From NCBI GenBank assembly GCA_964035545.1, contig OZ037766.1, positions 9,724,722-9,788,721 of the forward strand: 64,000 nucleotides of DNA. The letters are read 5' to 3'. This document shows, in pieces, positions 13,867 to 28,534 of the stretch; the first letter of the stretch is position 1; each line of letters starts with the position of its first letter. The notes beneath the pieces were generated by a model. It ran no database searches. It was not told the DNA's origin and worked only from the letters and a program-made list of their open reading frames with translations. The position numbers were made by a program, and so were the translations under genes. The DNA is from Bugula neritina (Eukaryota > Animalia > Bryozoa).

Positions 13867-16800
13867 TCATAGGTTGGGAATAAAATGAGCCACATCAGCC
13901 ATACGCTGTTGGTGAGTAGCAGCCTCAATGTCCCCATCTAGTTCTGGAACCTGCTGGGTTAAGGCCAACAGTGATGACACGCCACTGAGAAATGAATCTA
14001 ATAACATTGTTAGAGAACCTTGAACTTTGGCATCACCCTAAAAGGGAATGAATGTTTTCATCATAATGTATATATTGTGAAGCATAAGAAAAAAGGCTAC
14101 ATTATTAAGCCCCAAAAAACAAAACTCACCGCTAATATGAATGAATAAAACAAGTTAAAGAAGACATACCCTTTTGGCCAGGCCAGTTCCTATAGTAAAG
14201 AGTGAGTCGCCCATAACTTGTAGATGTGCAGCAATATCTATGGGCTCCGTTTGAGTAATCTAAACAAGTATGTATAGTGTCTAATGAATACAAGGTGTCA
14301 CAAGTTTGTGACAATTATAGTTATTAGCCCAAGACAATAATTGAGAAAACATTAGTAACTCTAGTTGCAGCTAAACATATATGGAATAAAATAAAAAAGT
14401 ATTTGTAAATCTGTTGATCTTGCAAAATAAAGTTAATGAATAAGCTTTAATACAAATTTTACATTGTAGCATTGAGCTACATGCTAAATAAAATAAAATA
14501 GGCTAGTAGGTGCTGTATGGGTTCAAACCCCATTAGTAGCATGTTCTTCAAGTTATGCATGAGCATTAACAGATTTCAATAACTGGGTGGTGAATAACAT
14601 AACAAAAAAAATAATTACAGGAAACTTGTATCGACATGCACTGGACATGCTAGTACCTTATACACTGGGGTTGGCACATTGGCAAGTCTGCTCATTGGCT
14701 CAATTTTTGCAACTGGAGTGATTGGTATATTGTTACGTTGCAGAGATACTATAGCCTTAGAACCAAGATATTTCATTGAATCTAAGTTTTTTGGAGCTCC
14801 GTGAGTAGCTAGCCTCTTAGCCCTTCTTTTCCATTGCTGTATATAGTGTGGGATATGAATATATATTTAATATTATATAAATCACAAATTTCCTTCCAAA
14901 TTTAACACAGTGTACTAGAAAATTTGTATGGCTAATTTTCCCCAAAAAGCTATAAAATTTAATCAACTTTAAAGTATTAATTTATTACATTTTTCTCCTT
15001 CAAAGGTATTGACCACCAAACTTCACCAAGTTTTTTGTTCATGGCACCAAAACCTACAACACAAGGTGTATGAAGAGCATAAAGGAAATCACATTGATAT
15101 ATTTAATAACAGCAGACCTAGCATTGTACGTAACACTCGCATAGCAAGTATTTGCTCCAACTATCAATTTTCATCAGTTAGGTCTGTTCAGAAGATAATG
15201 CACGATAACAAAATCTTACACAAATATGGGCAGGGGACTCTGTTTATAGTTAGATTTAAAAATACATTGACCTGAATGATAGTAGCCAGTGCACCAAATG
15301 ATTTTCAAAGGTTTATATCCTAGCTTCTACTGCAGCCTTGCTCAGAAATCATGCTTTCAATTGATTTATTTTTACAATTACCATGAGTGTTTTATTTTCT
15401 AACATTTATTAAAATAACACTAGCATTTATTCCCTGAAAGAAGGAATTGCACAACTATACTGCATAGTTTGAATTTTGTGTAACGGTCAGACTCTGGAAA
15501 TCTGGCTAACCAGGTCCAAGATACTGCCATGGTGGACACAACCCCAAATTAAAGACTAAGTAGTAGGTTTACATGAGAAGGATCTATTGATAAACTTGTG
15601 GAACTAAAAACAAAATAAATATATTGGCTCATTCAATTTGTATAGAGGTTTTAACTCACGCATTCCCGGGCACTGGGCTTGTAATTTAGCTCTGTAACTA
15701 TTGCACCACATAGTATAGGCTGTGGGCATTCGATTTCTTTTAGCCTAAAATGAAAATTCCCATATAAACCTCTGGACATCGTCTGCTCACCAATATACCT
15801 TACAACTAACATTCAAAAGTCACTATAAACCTTACAGCACATGACCAGGGAGTTACAACATTTGAAACACTAAATTATGGGAAACCTAAGAAAAACTCAC
15901 TTTGGCACCAGATTTGGCAGCCTTTTCCTTAGAAAGTGCAGATGCGGCTTTTTGCTCTGCTTTCTTGGTTTCAAAAAATTTAGCTGCTTTGTTATTATGC
16001 ATATCATTGTCAGTATCTGTCTCTTCTTCGGCAAGCTACAGAAAATTTTTAAACAAAGGTATACATGTTGTTAACATACACTATAAAATATAAGTGGTCA
16101 CCATTAACAAGTACTATGAAATCAACTGAAAAGCGCATAATTCGTATAGCTGTCATACACAAGTTACCTTGGTTGTTAGTGTACGCATGTGGGGATTACT
16201 CTCCATAGTATCAGGTTCCTCCATCATAACATTCTCTGTAGACTCTAAACATTATAACAAGAAAACTTTGAAATGAAACTGATGAGCATAAAGTGAATGA
16301 AGGGATACGATCCAATAAGACAGTATAAACTAAGCGCAACAAAATCTGGTTCTGGTTATATAAATTAAATTGGCATATTCCATATTGCAAAGCAAACTAT
16401 AGGCAAAAATACATGACAAACTTGTATGTTGAAATGAAGCCTTAAATAGCAAACAACAGATTCAGGTATATGTACTACAAACTAGACTAATGAGATGATT
16501 TTATGATAAAACAAACATTTACAATTTTTTGACGATTAGTTAAATTTGGTTATTAATCAGTGGAGAACAAACAGTCTACTTGCTTAATGAATTACATTTC
16601 CCCGACTGTATGCAGCCTTTAACTTAGATAAAAAATAGAACAAGTTGATACGTAACTAATTATGAGTTCTAACTTTCACATAGCTAAAACTTGAATAACC
16701 CTGTTACCTGCAGCTATCAATAGGACATATTATGTGCCCTAACAACTAAATAGAAGTAGCATACAACAGTAACCTGACTTTATATTAAATACATACAGAT

Positions 16801-17698
16801 TCATGCTAGACCTTAAAATTATGGTGTACACAAACTTCTTTCAGTACAAATGGGGAAATATTAAGATTTAATGAAAATAATTTTGTCTAAATGGCAGAAA
16901 ACAATCAAAAAATAGATCTATAAACCTGAGCTGTCAGCCACACTGTCACCAGTTCTACTCATCAAAGGATCATAACTGTCATAATCATCAGCATCTATCT
17001 CAATGTCGTTGGGAATTAAAGGTAATTCTTTTATACTTTCCTGTAGACTTTTGTCAGCCAACTCCTTAGATGCTTCAGCAGCTTCTAATTCTACAGTGAT
17101 TGGTAAATATGAAAATTTACACAATATATTGCAAATTAAAGTTACCATTTTATCCCAGGCAGATGGTGAAATGCTAGCAACAAATTGCAACTTAAAATGT
17201 AATATTTATGCCTCTAACTGATGATTGTAAACTACCTGCTTTCCGTTTACTATGCTTTTTGTGTTTAGATCTTGCAGCTATATCTTTGTCTTGTTTATGC
17301 TTATCTTTCTTTAATGTTTTAGATTTCCTAAGAGGTGGATTGCATTCCGAGAGTTTTATTTTTAATTTTGGAACAGCTGGTGGATCTTGATAAGTTGGAG
17401 CAGCATCTGTAGCTCCAGGTTTGATCTAGTCAACCCATATAAAATTAAGAACACAAATGAACAAAAATTTATAGTCAAATATTCTATCTGCTTGACATAA
17501 CTAAACAACTAAAAATAAGCAAATTGTTCTTGAAAAAAACTACCAGACAAAGTCATATGATCAGATAAGGAAGTTTATATAGCTGTGAGAAATAGAATTT
17601 ATTACCTTCTGACGCTTCTTGTTGAAACTTTTTGAGTTTTGCTCGTATGACAGAAGTTTAGCTGACTTCTTTGGAACTCTTTTAGACCTAGCTTCCAT
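13867..17698 (-). CDS. HMGXB4: HMG-box-containing protein 4
   Basis: Ten phase-compatible exons: MEARSKRVPKKSAKL (ATG 17698); Lys-rich region; HMG box RMPTAYTMWCNSYRAKLQAQCPGMRFGAMNKKLGEVWWSIPLKEKNQWKRRA; diagnostic C-terminus TEPIDIAAHLQVMGDSLFTIG..VQGSLTMLLDSFLSGVSSLLALTQQVPELDG..VAHFIPNL* (TGA 13869-13867). Confidence 0.92.
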
Positions 17699-19454
17699 AA
17701 TTTATTGCTAAAAAGAAAGCATCCCTGTCTGAACTTCAACGTTTCGAATAAAGACAAAATAATTAAGAGACTAAATATTCTCATGAGACTTCAACATGAA
17801 GAAAAGCAACCATCAACACTTGCAATGACGTATGATAAGATTATCAGAGACTACGACAATAACGACAAGGTCTGCTGCCCGGGGTGAGCTAACATCTGTA
17901 TATGAAAGCTTCCTGGTATATTTTCCGACAAATTTTATTGAGAACCATCAGACCTAATGGGCGCACAGATTAAAAAATGAAACACAGCATTCTCTTAGCC
18001 TGTAGCCAAACAAACTGCAGACTGTTGCTGTAAACCAGATAAGGCACTCCTAGAACTTTTAGCTTTCCCGAGTGTTCAATATTTTCAAAGGTAAGATTTA
18101 GACTAAAAGTAAGAGTATGAGTAAGTAATTTGATTTTTGAATTGAAAATGAATGTCAACAGTCAATGTCAGTTAGCGCGTTACACTTACAGTGGCAGTGA
18201 GTTAGTTTTACACTTGCTAATAGTAATAGTAATAGTAATACTAATTATTATACTACTAGTAATTCTAACATTTGCTCTTGCTGCAATATCAATCACAACG
18301 TTAGTTTAAACTTTCATTATTTTGATTTTTATTTTATTTGTTAAAATCAAATGTAATACCAATAGTTATATTGATATTCATATTCATATTGATATTAATA
18401 TTATTAATCACACTCACAGGCATGAATTATCACCATGAACATGAATTCGAATAATTAATACTAAATTTAAATTTTATAATCATAACGATAATAACTAATT
18501 ATCAAATTTAATGATAATGCTGAATTAATGATTAAACTTGAAGTAATTGTTAATCAATAAATAAATAATGAATAATTATAATCTAAATCTTCATCTTTAA
18601 GTTTAAGTTTATGATTATCTTGAAGTTAATCAGTTAAACCTAATGAAACTGAAATTTAAATTACTAAACATTTAATGCAGTCTAATGATCAAAAAATTAA
18701 ATAAAAGTAAAAGTTATTACAATTACTTTACTACTCGTTATGATAACATGTACTTTTAGTTTTACTGATAACTGATGAGTGACACTGATTTCAGAGACTC
18801 AGAGAGCTTCAACGTGAACATTATAGTATTTCTAGCAGTAAAGAGTTATCTTTTTATTAAGGTAGATAACTCTATAACATGGTCGAAAACTTTATGAATA
18901 CTTGTAGCTTTTGGAACTTATAAAATAACAATGCGAAACTTATGTCTATTTTCTGACCCAATGAGGTCTAGGCATAGCCTAAACTTAAACCCTAGTACAA
19001 ACCAATATAATTAGTAAAGAGTGCAAAGCTATAACCTACTTTACTCAGCAAGCTTCGGAAATGTAAATTTGACTAAGTTTAGGACCTGTAGTTATCACTA
19101 TCGCTGACTGAGGGAATTCAACGAAGCCGTGCTAATACACGGAGTCATAGCTATAGTAGTTAGTACTAATAGTAATAGTCACACGGATCACGCTCGAACT
19201 TAACGTCAAAGTTGATAACTTGATGGCAGATGGGCCAAAAGTAAATTAAAATATGCACACGTATTGATCAACTTCAAATTCAAATCGTACTGCCACTGGG
19301 CCTGGCACTTGCTAGTAATAGTAATACTAATACTATAGTAAACGACAGTAACAGTCTGAGTCTACTTTAAATTCAAGATCAACTTCAAGATTTAGAAATA
19401 GATCGTGATACTCAATCTCATACTCTTACATACTCAAACTGATTGAAAATCAAA

Positions 19455-21858
19455 ATGCGTGCTTTTGAATTCAAAAATCAGTTCTGTGGTCTGCTTACTA
19501 TTACTGTGATTTTGTGTCTGGCACTAACTGAACTTACAAGTGCTCAGCAAGCTAGTACCCAGGCAAACACGTACGACACAACGGCAAATAACGAAATAAT
19601 CGGTGTTAAATACGGTAAGTAACTAGTAAACTGCTACTAGTACTACAGTACTAGTACTAGACTAAGAGTAAGACAGACTACGTCTACCAGTAGGACTACT
19701 ACTTACTAGTACTGGGCTTAGTATTTTCATTAAAACCATTAGTATTTAAAAAAAAACTATAGACTTAGTTATACTTGTAGTATAAAATAGAGATATAATC
19801 ATAGATTTATAATATTAATTATGTTGATGTTTATATTAATAATATCGTTATTGTATTTGTATACAGTAATAAGTAATAACTGTATCAGAATGAGAAACGG
19901 TCTATTGCTGAAACTATTTAACTTTGAGTAAATCACAATGAGTATAATGACTTGCCGGTTTTGGCTGATATTTCATGGAACTTGCATGTATCAGTATTGT
20001 TAGATTGTTCATCATTTAATCACCAGTTTCACACGTAGTTTTGCAATGCACCCATTCATTGGTTAGGTATTAGTAGTGATAAATTTAAAGGATCCAACGA
20101 AAAAAATAGTGGGGGTGCAGTGTACTCATAAATGTATTTTTAATATCTTGAACTAGAATATGTTGATCACTAATTACAGATTTCTAACTTGTAATTGCAG
20201 GTAGATAATGCACACATATTTGAGCTCTAACTTGCACATTGGATCAAAAATTAGTGCAACACAGTCTGCTTTTTCTGTCACTGTTTTTGGAACTGCTAAT
20301 ACAAATTTATAACATCTGTTATGTTTTAGTAAATCCTTTGAGCAATGTAGCCGGGCGTGTTGATAAGACCGACTATGCAGATAAATATGAATGCTACCGC
20401 TGCAATAGGTTTAAAGGAGGTGGAGCAGAATGTCCTGAAACCCAAAGGCAAATTCCTGGTAAGTTTGATAACTTGAAGTTGTACTGTTTGCAATTATTTT
20501 AATTGTCTGTTTGTTGCAATATGGTTTTCTCTGCTTGCCCAATATGATAAAGGTGAAAATTGCCTGACTTCATATTGTATTTACTGGCAGCATAAAAGCA
20601 TGGATAGCTCTATATTAATAAAATGTATTTTATTGTGATTTAATGGTGTGCTATTGGTTTATTGTAGGCAGCAGTGTAAATGATGATGCTCCATACGGCA
20701 ATATCATAGTACGTGGGTGTGCTGTCTGTTTGAAGGTCAAGACTCTAATGTATTTTAGAAACAAAGATTTTATTGCAGACAAACTATGGTCTACTGGTCC
20801 AGGCAATCATTTTGAAAGTATGTTTTCTCTGTCATTGAGACCTATGAATAGGTCTCCATATGTATAAGGTTGTTTATAAACTTCTTAACGTTGTTTTTGT
20901 TATAGTTTTAATTACTTGAGCAGTAAGCCACTTGTATTATCTACTCCATTTTGTACTAGCTATTGTAAAGGTGAACTTGGAAGGGCACTTGTTATTTACT
21001 AGTCAGTCTATTGGTAATAGTTTACCAGTTTGAGTTTTCATACCACTGCTGTAATGGGGAGTGGCATTCTTTTTGGGATTTTTTCAAATTACAACTCAAT
21101 TTAAATTTCAAATTCATATTGGCCATATAAAAACAAACAATAAATCATTATCTAAAGGTTTCTATAAAATATACAAAACAAAGGTAACACGTGTGTACAT
21201 GTAAAAAAGGCCTAAAGTGATAATGAAACATTTCAAGATTGCTAAAGTCTGAAGGGTTTGATCACTGTCAAGAGAATGCACTGAAAACCTAAATCTTCAT
21301 TAATGAGAGCAAAATTAGCTGTTTTTTAAATCAATTAATTTTGAACTGGATTCTAGTCTATGGTGAATAGGAAATTGTACGTAGCAAGTAGAAAATCATA
21401 TTTTTAGTTATACAATATGAATGCTTTTTGCTTCCTATACATCACCAGAATTATCTTTGTGAATTCTGTAAGCAAAGTACTCCTGTAAAAAGCAAACTTG
21501 TCAAAGCCAATGTGTAAACCTATAAAGAGCAATATGTATTAACATTTGAGTTTTAATAGTTTTGGTAAACACAATGTAGTTGGATGATGTGCTTACAACA
21601 GTTGGCATATATAGCTGTGCTCTAACATTCCTACATTTGTATTCTGTGTTGTAAGGTATGTACGTTATATCAAGAACCTGCATTGAAGATGAGAAAGATG
21701 CTCGTTTCACAAGTGGCTGTATCACGGATACTGCTGCCGGAGGGACTATAGAACGCTGCTACTGCCAAGGCAATTTGTGTAACTCTTCTGTAACTAACAC
21801 GCCTCTTTCTGTTGTATTCATCCTGTTGGTGTGTGCACTGGGCAAAATACTTTGTTGA
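19455..21858 (+). CDS. Ly6/uPAR (three-finger) protein, quiver/sleepless-like, signal peptide plus likely GPI-anchor signal, 213 aa
   Basis: Exons 19455-19614, 20330-20458, 20668-20817 and 21656-21858 join in frame (642 nt). Signal peptide ..LLTITVILCLALTELTSA; 10 domain Cys: CYRC, C, CAVC-LK, SRTC, C, CYCQGNLCN; hydrophobic tail PLSVVFILLVCALG. The last exon requires an AAG acceptor. Confidence 0.85.
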
Positions 21859-22896
21859 GAAATGATGTTCATTCCCATAATTTGTTTAAAAAGATACTTT
21901 CTTTTACTTATATGTGTAAGCAGTCTACTTATTGTAATTCTTAGCAGTAACAAAGTTTTTTTATATTTGTGAATATTTTACAAAAAAAAACATTCCTTGG
22001 TGTAAAAAAGGCCTTTATACTCTGATGAGTACTGGGTATCTGTTGATAGATGGTAAACAAGTGTGTATATTACAGTTTAGTATATTATATAACACTTCAC
22101 TTGAGTATGCGCAACATTAATTTCTCTCAATCGTTTACATTCCACTGCTTTTGAAATGGTTTTGCAATTTATATAAACTCAAAATATTTTTAATGTACAA
22201 TTATTTAAATAAGCATTAATATATAGTTTTGTGTCCATAAACAGTTTAAATGTAATGGTTGTAAGCTGTTACTAATAAGTAATATCATTTTATCACAATA
22301 AATCTGAATAATGACATCTCACAGGTGTTCCTTTTAACTTATTAAGATTCATGCAAGGTCAGTCAGCAAAATTAATATCTAAAAGCTGGCTAGTTTAATA
22401 TTCATATTTCAAATTTGTTGTGTTACAAATTACTGCCTGTGTATATTATGAACAAGTGCAAGTTTTCTGCATTTATTTATTTGCCAATTAGGTGAATCAG
22501 AAATATCAGAATAGCAGGAACTTTAGTAATGAAGTGTCCCATACTACTTTTAGCATTAATTGCTATGGCCTAACTTCATTTTAAAATGGGAAAATGTGTT
22601 CAAAATCATCCTGGATTCAAGACCTAGACTTAGTAATCTGGTTATGAAAGCCAACCTTCAATTAATGGAAATTTATAATATTTAGCTAGCTAGACAAGGT
22701 TGATTTGATGTAAGTTGGCTAATCTCTAAGTCGGATATTGGCTAAGGGTAGGGAAAAATAGATTTGACATAGTTTTACTGTATCTCTACTTTCTGCAATA
22801 AAACAAAGTGAAATACAAAATCTGCTGAAATATAATTCTGTTCAATGAACAAACTCAGCAAAGGTAACATACATGTGTTAATTATTTTATTTTTAG

Positions 22897-23305
22897 GATC
22901 CAGTTCTACAATGGATACAGCTTGCTCCTCCAGTTTACTGGTTGTGGATTAAGCTCTACTGGCAATTTGTATGGGACAGTGCGATGCAGTCCTCATAACA
23001 GGATATAGGATCTGTATGAAAACAGTCAATTCTATAAGATGTAATAAATTCCACAGGCTGTCACCTGAAAAAGCTTGCAAATGATTCGATGAATCAGGTC
23101 ATCAGTCAATAGCATTCAACATGTTTGATTTACCAACAAACTGGTAAATAAAACACCACTGAAAATTTTACAATGTTTAAACATACCTAATCATAATAAT
23201 AACGTTTGTAAGTTTTAGAACCAGTTTATTTTACATAAGCACTTACTAAACATTTTATAACTTGGCTTAAAAGGAAGTAAAAGAGTTGTGGCTATTTCTT
23301 TCAAA
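22897..23305 (+). pseudogene. FAS ketosynthase relic A (active-site exon plus remnant of next exon)
   Basis: Exon 22897-23097 reads [38 protein letters not shown] with stops at 22950 and 23082; a degenerate GYARSEGIVA-like remnant lies near 23265-23305. Confidence 0.9.
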
Positions 23306-24046
23306 TCTATATAATTTTTCTGTAAGCTTTGGCCTTGCATGGCCTGAAATAAATTGACAGTTGTTCTCATTTTGACTATTTACTTTTATACTTCATAAAA
23401 TAATTTAATCTGTAATTAATTCCTTCTTTTAAAATAGTATTTAAAAGAATGTGTAACTCTGAGTTTTTGGGTCTTATAAATCAATTTATTAAAAACTAAG
23501 GCAGAGGAAGTAGTGTGAAAACACTGAGAAGTATTGTTGTGAAACTGTGCATTCACTAATTGCTGGGTATTTCAAGTAATGCAACACTGCCAAGTTAAAT
23601 AATGTCAAATAAATTGTTTATAATAGTAATAAATTAGCCAGAAATTTTAAACTAAAATGTCAGAGACATGCTACTATATATTATTTCTTTAAGGAGCTGC
23701 CAATTTTGGCCATATATGAAAAAAAAATATATGGTGTTGGTTTTTTTTATTGATTATAAGGTATTATGGTATGATTCTAGTTTATTTACAGTCACCATTC
23801 GAGAACTATCATAGCAGCAGGGCTTGTTTTCTCCTGCCAATATCCTATAACAAACAAACCAACAAACAGTGTGCAACTGACAAAAATGAACCTCAAACTT
23901 TTCAGCTAGTTATTTAATGAGTAAAGCAGATTAAATAGCGAGTGAAAGTCCACAGAAATTTCACAATAAAATTCTAGCATGTCAATTATATCACATAATA
24001 ATTCCATGCAGTATAGTTGTAACTTCTAGGGTATTGCATTTTGAAT

Positions 24047-25299
24047 GTCTCCAGCGACTACCTACCAGGTCTGGCAAACTTAAAGACTTGACTAAATTTG
24101 ATGCAACATATTTTGGTGTTCACTCAAAGCAGGCTAACAGGATGGATCCTCAGCTAAGAATGCTGTTAGAGGTTTCTCTTGAAGCTATAGTTGATGCAGG
24201 TAAAATAGTACGATCTGTCTACCAGTATTATTATTATAACATGTAGAAACTAAAAAGCTTTTCTGGTGTGAGAAGATAGAAGCCTCAAAGTTTTTATTTT
24301 CTTTCACTCAAATTATAAAATTTTGGTCATCATAATAAAAGTATCACACAGGTGCTCCTATAGGTATCTGTTCATCACCCTGACTCAGTGTAAAATGGAG
24401 TAATAACAGTATTTCTAAATATTATTTTATAAGATTTTTGTAGTATGCTTTATGACATGGACTTCACAGTATTTTACTGACTTGAAGTATCATGCAGTCA
24501 TGCACTTGATATTATATATTTGAAATGAACAGTTTTTACAAAAGGATATAAATATGAAGCCGTGTACTTGTAGGTGTAGATCCAGCATCATTAACAGGAA
24601 GTATTACTGGAGTGTTTGTGGGTTTGATGGCTGGAGAGGCTGTTGATAGCTGGACTGCCGGTCCTTCTACAACTAGTGGCTTTTCTGTAATTTGATGTGA
24701 GGCAGCAATGTTTGCAAATCAGGTGTCTTACTTCTTTGATCTGAAAGGTAATAATAAGCTTGAACGTTATACATTCTCTATACATTCTACATGAGTGCAA
24801 ACAATGAAGCATTGAGTACAACTTGTTATATTTTCAGGACCCAGTATTGTTATGAATACAGCTTGCTCTTCCAGTTTACTGGCCATGGATCAAGCTCTAC
24901 TGGCAATTCGCACGGGGCAGTGTGATGCAGCCCTCGTGGCAGGGTGTAGGATCTGTATAAAACCAGCCACTTCTATACAGTTTAATAAACTCCACATGCT
25001 GTCGCCTGAAGGAGCTTGCAAATCATTCGATGAATCAGGTAGGCTAATACAAATAAATGAAACATGACTGAACATTTATTGGTATTCAGAAAAGACACAT
25101 GATGCTTTTGATGTTAGAACTAATTTATGTCACTTACTATTTTAATAAACATTATTATAACCTGGTATAGGCAATGGCTATGCAAGAAGTGGAGAAATTG
25201 TGGCTATTTTTCTACAAAAACACCAAGAGTCTAAAAGAGTGTATGCACAGCTTATACACTCTAAAAACAATTCAGATGGAGCAAAGGAAGACAACAAAA
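24047..25299 (+). pseudogene. FAS ketosynthase relic B (four exons, inverted relative to the FAS genes)
   Basis: Exons 24047-24199, 24574-24747, 24838-25038 and 25171-25299 correspond to copy-1 exons at 42781-41539. First acceptor lost, in-frame TGA at 24693-24695, motif NTACSSS; no further FAS exons found after 25299. Confidence 0.92.
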
Positions 25300-26582
25300 G
25301 TATGTAGAACACAAATTGTTTATATCCTTGTGTTAGTTAACTAGGCAAAAGTTATCAACTGTGAACATTAAAATTCATAAACACCAACTGATAGAACCAT
25401 CAATGCACTTTTGTGAGATTTAAACTTTTTTGTGGAAATTTGCGGGTAAAAAAGAAAAAAAGTTTGCATAGAACTGACTGGAATTTTATTATGGCAAACT
25501 AATAGTTCTGAAATCATATTTATTTATTATAATACAAGTTTGAATGACCTACCTGGCTTTACGTACAGCATAGGCGTATATATACAAAATATTTAACTGC
25601 TCTATGTTAGCTTATAAACTTTCTAGGCTAAGCTTTACAGCTTATTCTATGACTCAACGTTTTAGATAAAGTGCAGCAAAAGTCAATATTGAATTTACAC
25701 TGTTTGATTGATTTACAATGTTTCTATTTCATAATCTTATTGATACTGCATTTTCAAGTTCAACTTTGGTATTCAAAACAATATAAATCTGCAAACTTTT
25801 TTCTGTTTTTAAAAAAAAATCAAAACTCTGTTATTTTGCTTAGAAAGTACAATAATTGTTTTATTATATCATGCATCTTGTGTATTTTATACTACATACT
25901 ATATACTCTTTAATATATATTATATACTTGCATTTACTTCTGAATAATATAGCTTCTATGGTATATGGGTAAATGTTTGCTTTTTGTTTTCCCAGTCTGT
26001 CAAAACATTGCTATCAGGACATTCCATTCTTTCATCACAATATTACATAATGTCATCACTCATCGGATGATCACAACATTTTTAAACACAGTACCGTAAC
26101 ACTAATATACATCATCATACCATGTCATACTCTCACTCTGTCTTGAAATATATTACAATACCATGTTTATATGGCACGTACCTCATTTACTTTATCACAA
26201 CATCATCACACGTTTTTAAAACTAAAGCAATATGAAGCTAAGTTAGACCAGAAGTCAAACTCATAATGTAGGAATTAATATGATGATTGCAATCTGGCGA
26301 ATTTACGTTCCTAAAGCCTACTTTTATGAGTCAAGTTATTGCATACACATTTAGCACTGCCGAGGTAGCATGATTTGAAGGTTGAATTGGCCTAATATTT
26401 TGTTAACTATGTACAGTTCTTTATAAATTTTTTAAAATGGGCCTTATGTAGTTTCAGAAACTTGTAATATAACAGGTGCTGTCTGCACCTAGTGACCCCG
26501 ATGCCTGAACCCTTCTGAATGTTGTAGCCTGCATATATTTCATGCTTGGGTATAATGTTGTTCTACTCCACATCTTTATTGA

Positions 26583-26698
26583 GACAGCCAATAATTGTTA
26601 CTGTGACAGCCAATAATTGTTACTGTGACAGCCAATAATTGTTACTGTGACAGCCAATAATTGTTACTGTGACAGCCAATAATTGTTACTGTGACAGC
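26583..26698. repeat. Perfect 22-bp tandem array (GACAGCCAATAATTGTTACTGT) x5
   Basis: Directly visible identical units. Confidence 0.95.
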
Positions 26699-26835
26699 AC
26701 GGATGCCTATGCGTAGCACGGATGCCTATGCGTAGCACGGATGCCTATGCGTAGCACGGATGCCTATGCGTAGCACGGATGCCTATGCGTAGCACATGCC
26801 TATGCGTAGCACATGCCTATGCGTAGCACGGATGC
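26696..26835. repeat. 19-bp tandem array (AGCACGGATGCCTATGCGT) x5 plus two 17-bp variants
   Basis: Directly visible; abuts the 22-bp array. Confidence 0.95.
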
Positions 26836-28534
26836 TGTATGCTGATTGCACAGATGCAGGCCACAACTCGACTTTTTGCCTAATGCCAACAGTTTATTTC
26901 TCTCACAAAATTCAAACTGTAACCTATAACCGTAAAAGCATCTTGTTAAATTAACATTAAACAACACAGCTATTCCTGACAAAACATTTACTTAATGAAG
27001 TTAAAAACAAAAGACAGTATAATACTTAATACTTACAATTATTTGGACAATAAAGTTTAAGTTGCCTGCATCTTTCCCAAGAGGAAAATTGAGCTAAACT
27101 GACTCAAAAACTACCAGTAAAAAGCTATTGTGAAAGCTTTCACAAAAAGCGTTCATCACACAATACCTTTCTTAAAGCTACAACAAAAAGCTGCTGCAAC
27201 ACTTAATACTCATGACTTATGACTGCTTCTGGTAACATAAGTAGAGTCTTTGCTCATTTACCCTAACACACTACTAGGTCGGAATTGAGTTTTCTCCTTA
27301 TTGTTACATTCAAAAACCTTTGCCAACCTTGCTCTCACAATCAACTATGCTCATACAATCAACCTTGACACCTATCTTTAATAATATTACCTATATTATA
27401 GTATATGATTATATGACAGTAATAAGAGAAACATAAATACAAGAAATATCATCATTTTTACATTGACGTGACAACAGTATAAATTATATCAAAAGAACGA
27501 AAACTTGAATACAAAATAGCTACCTTGTGAGTCTTTATGCCTAGTAATGATGTGTTACTGATTAATAACTACTTGCAGGTTTTCATCATCTGCTTGTTAC
27601 ATGGGGAGAAATCTTTAGCATAGCCATACTTACATTTGTATAAACAGCTTGAAATAAAGAGTGTTGGCTTTTGTGCGGCAGCTTAATGTTTAGCAATGCT
27701 TGGTAAAATAGCTTGCTAGCTGACAGCTTAAGCTGAGCCACTCCAGTTTTACAACTGAATTAATAATATGAGTTGCTAGTGGACAGGCCATAAACCCTGC
27801 CTCAGATAAAGTGTACCTAGTCTATAAACCCAGTGAAGTGCAGAAAATGCACAGGTATAATAAAATAATTGCCTGCAAATATATAAATATTTTTCGTGTT
27901 GCAGCTACCTGAATTACACAAATACTTGGAATTGAATGTACATACTCATCATAAATAAGTCAAAGCATGAAGGTCATCAAAGATACTAGCAATGCAAAAA
28001 TTGGTATGTATTGTGTGACTTGTATATTATTACAAATTTATTATAATTGGTTCTTATGTGTTAGACAAGCTAGTGCCAACAATGATACCGAAAATACATA
28101 CCTTTGTGGCTGGTTATTTCACTACTCACTCTCAATGCAAACTTGAAGCATTATACTTTAATAAGTGCTAAAGTGTGCAAACAGTAAGATATTTATATCT
28201 TAGTTTTGAACTTAGAAACTTGGATAAAAAACTATTTTTATGCAGAGGATGTATTTGCAAAGACTTGATTTACAAAATAGCTACTAGTAGCTATAATAGG
28301 CTATGAGTACATATTATTTTATTTTTTGAGCACAACAAAGATAATGTAATATAATATAACCTTATGTAATTAAATATGATATAATATAATATCAAATATA
28401 TCGATCACTCCAGTCTTAACAAGGTAGTAACAACATAAACTGAGAGGAGAAAAAAAATCAAGTCAGTACTGGCTAAAACCTCAATATAAAAAACTTTGAA
28501 AATTAATAGAATAGTTCTAAGGCAAAGTACACAT

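Noticed and set aside
15877-17390. Plus-strand ORFs over HMGXB4 (and similar antisense ORFs over FAS exons)
   Set aside because: Antisense shadows of real exons on the opposite strand.
26583-26835. CRISPR-like repeat array
   Set aside because: Units are contiguous with no unique spacers, there are no cas genes, and the context is eukaryotic.
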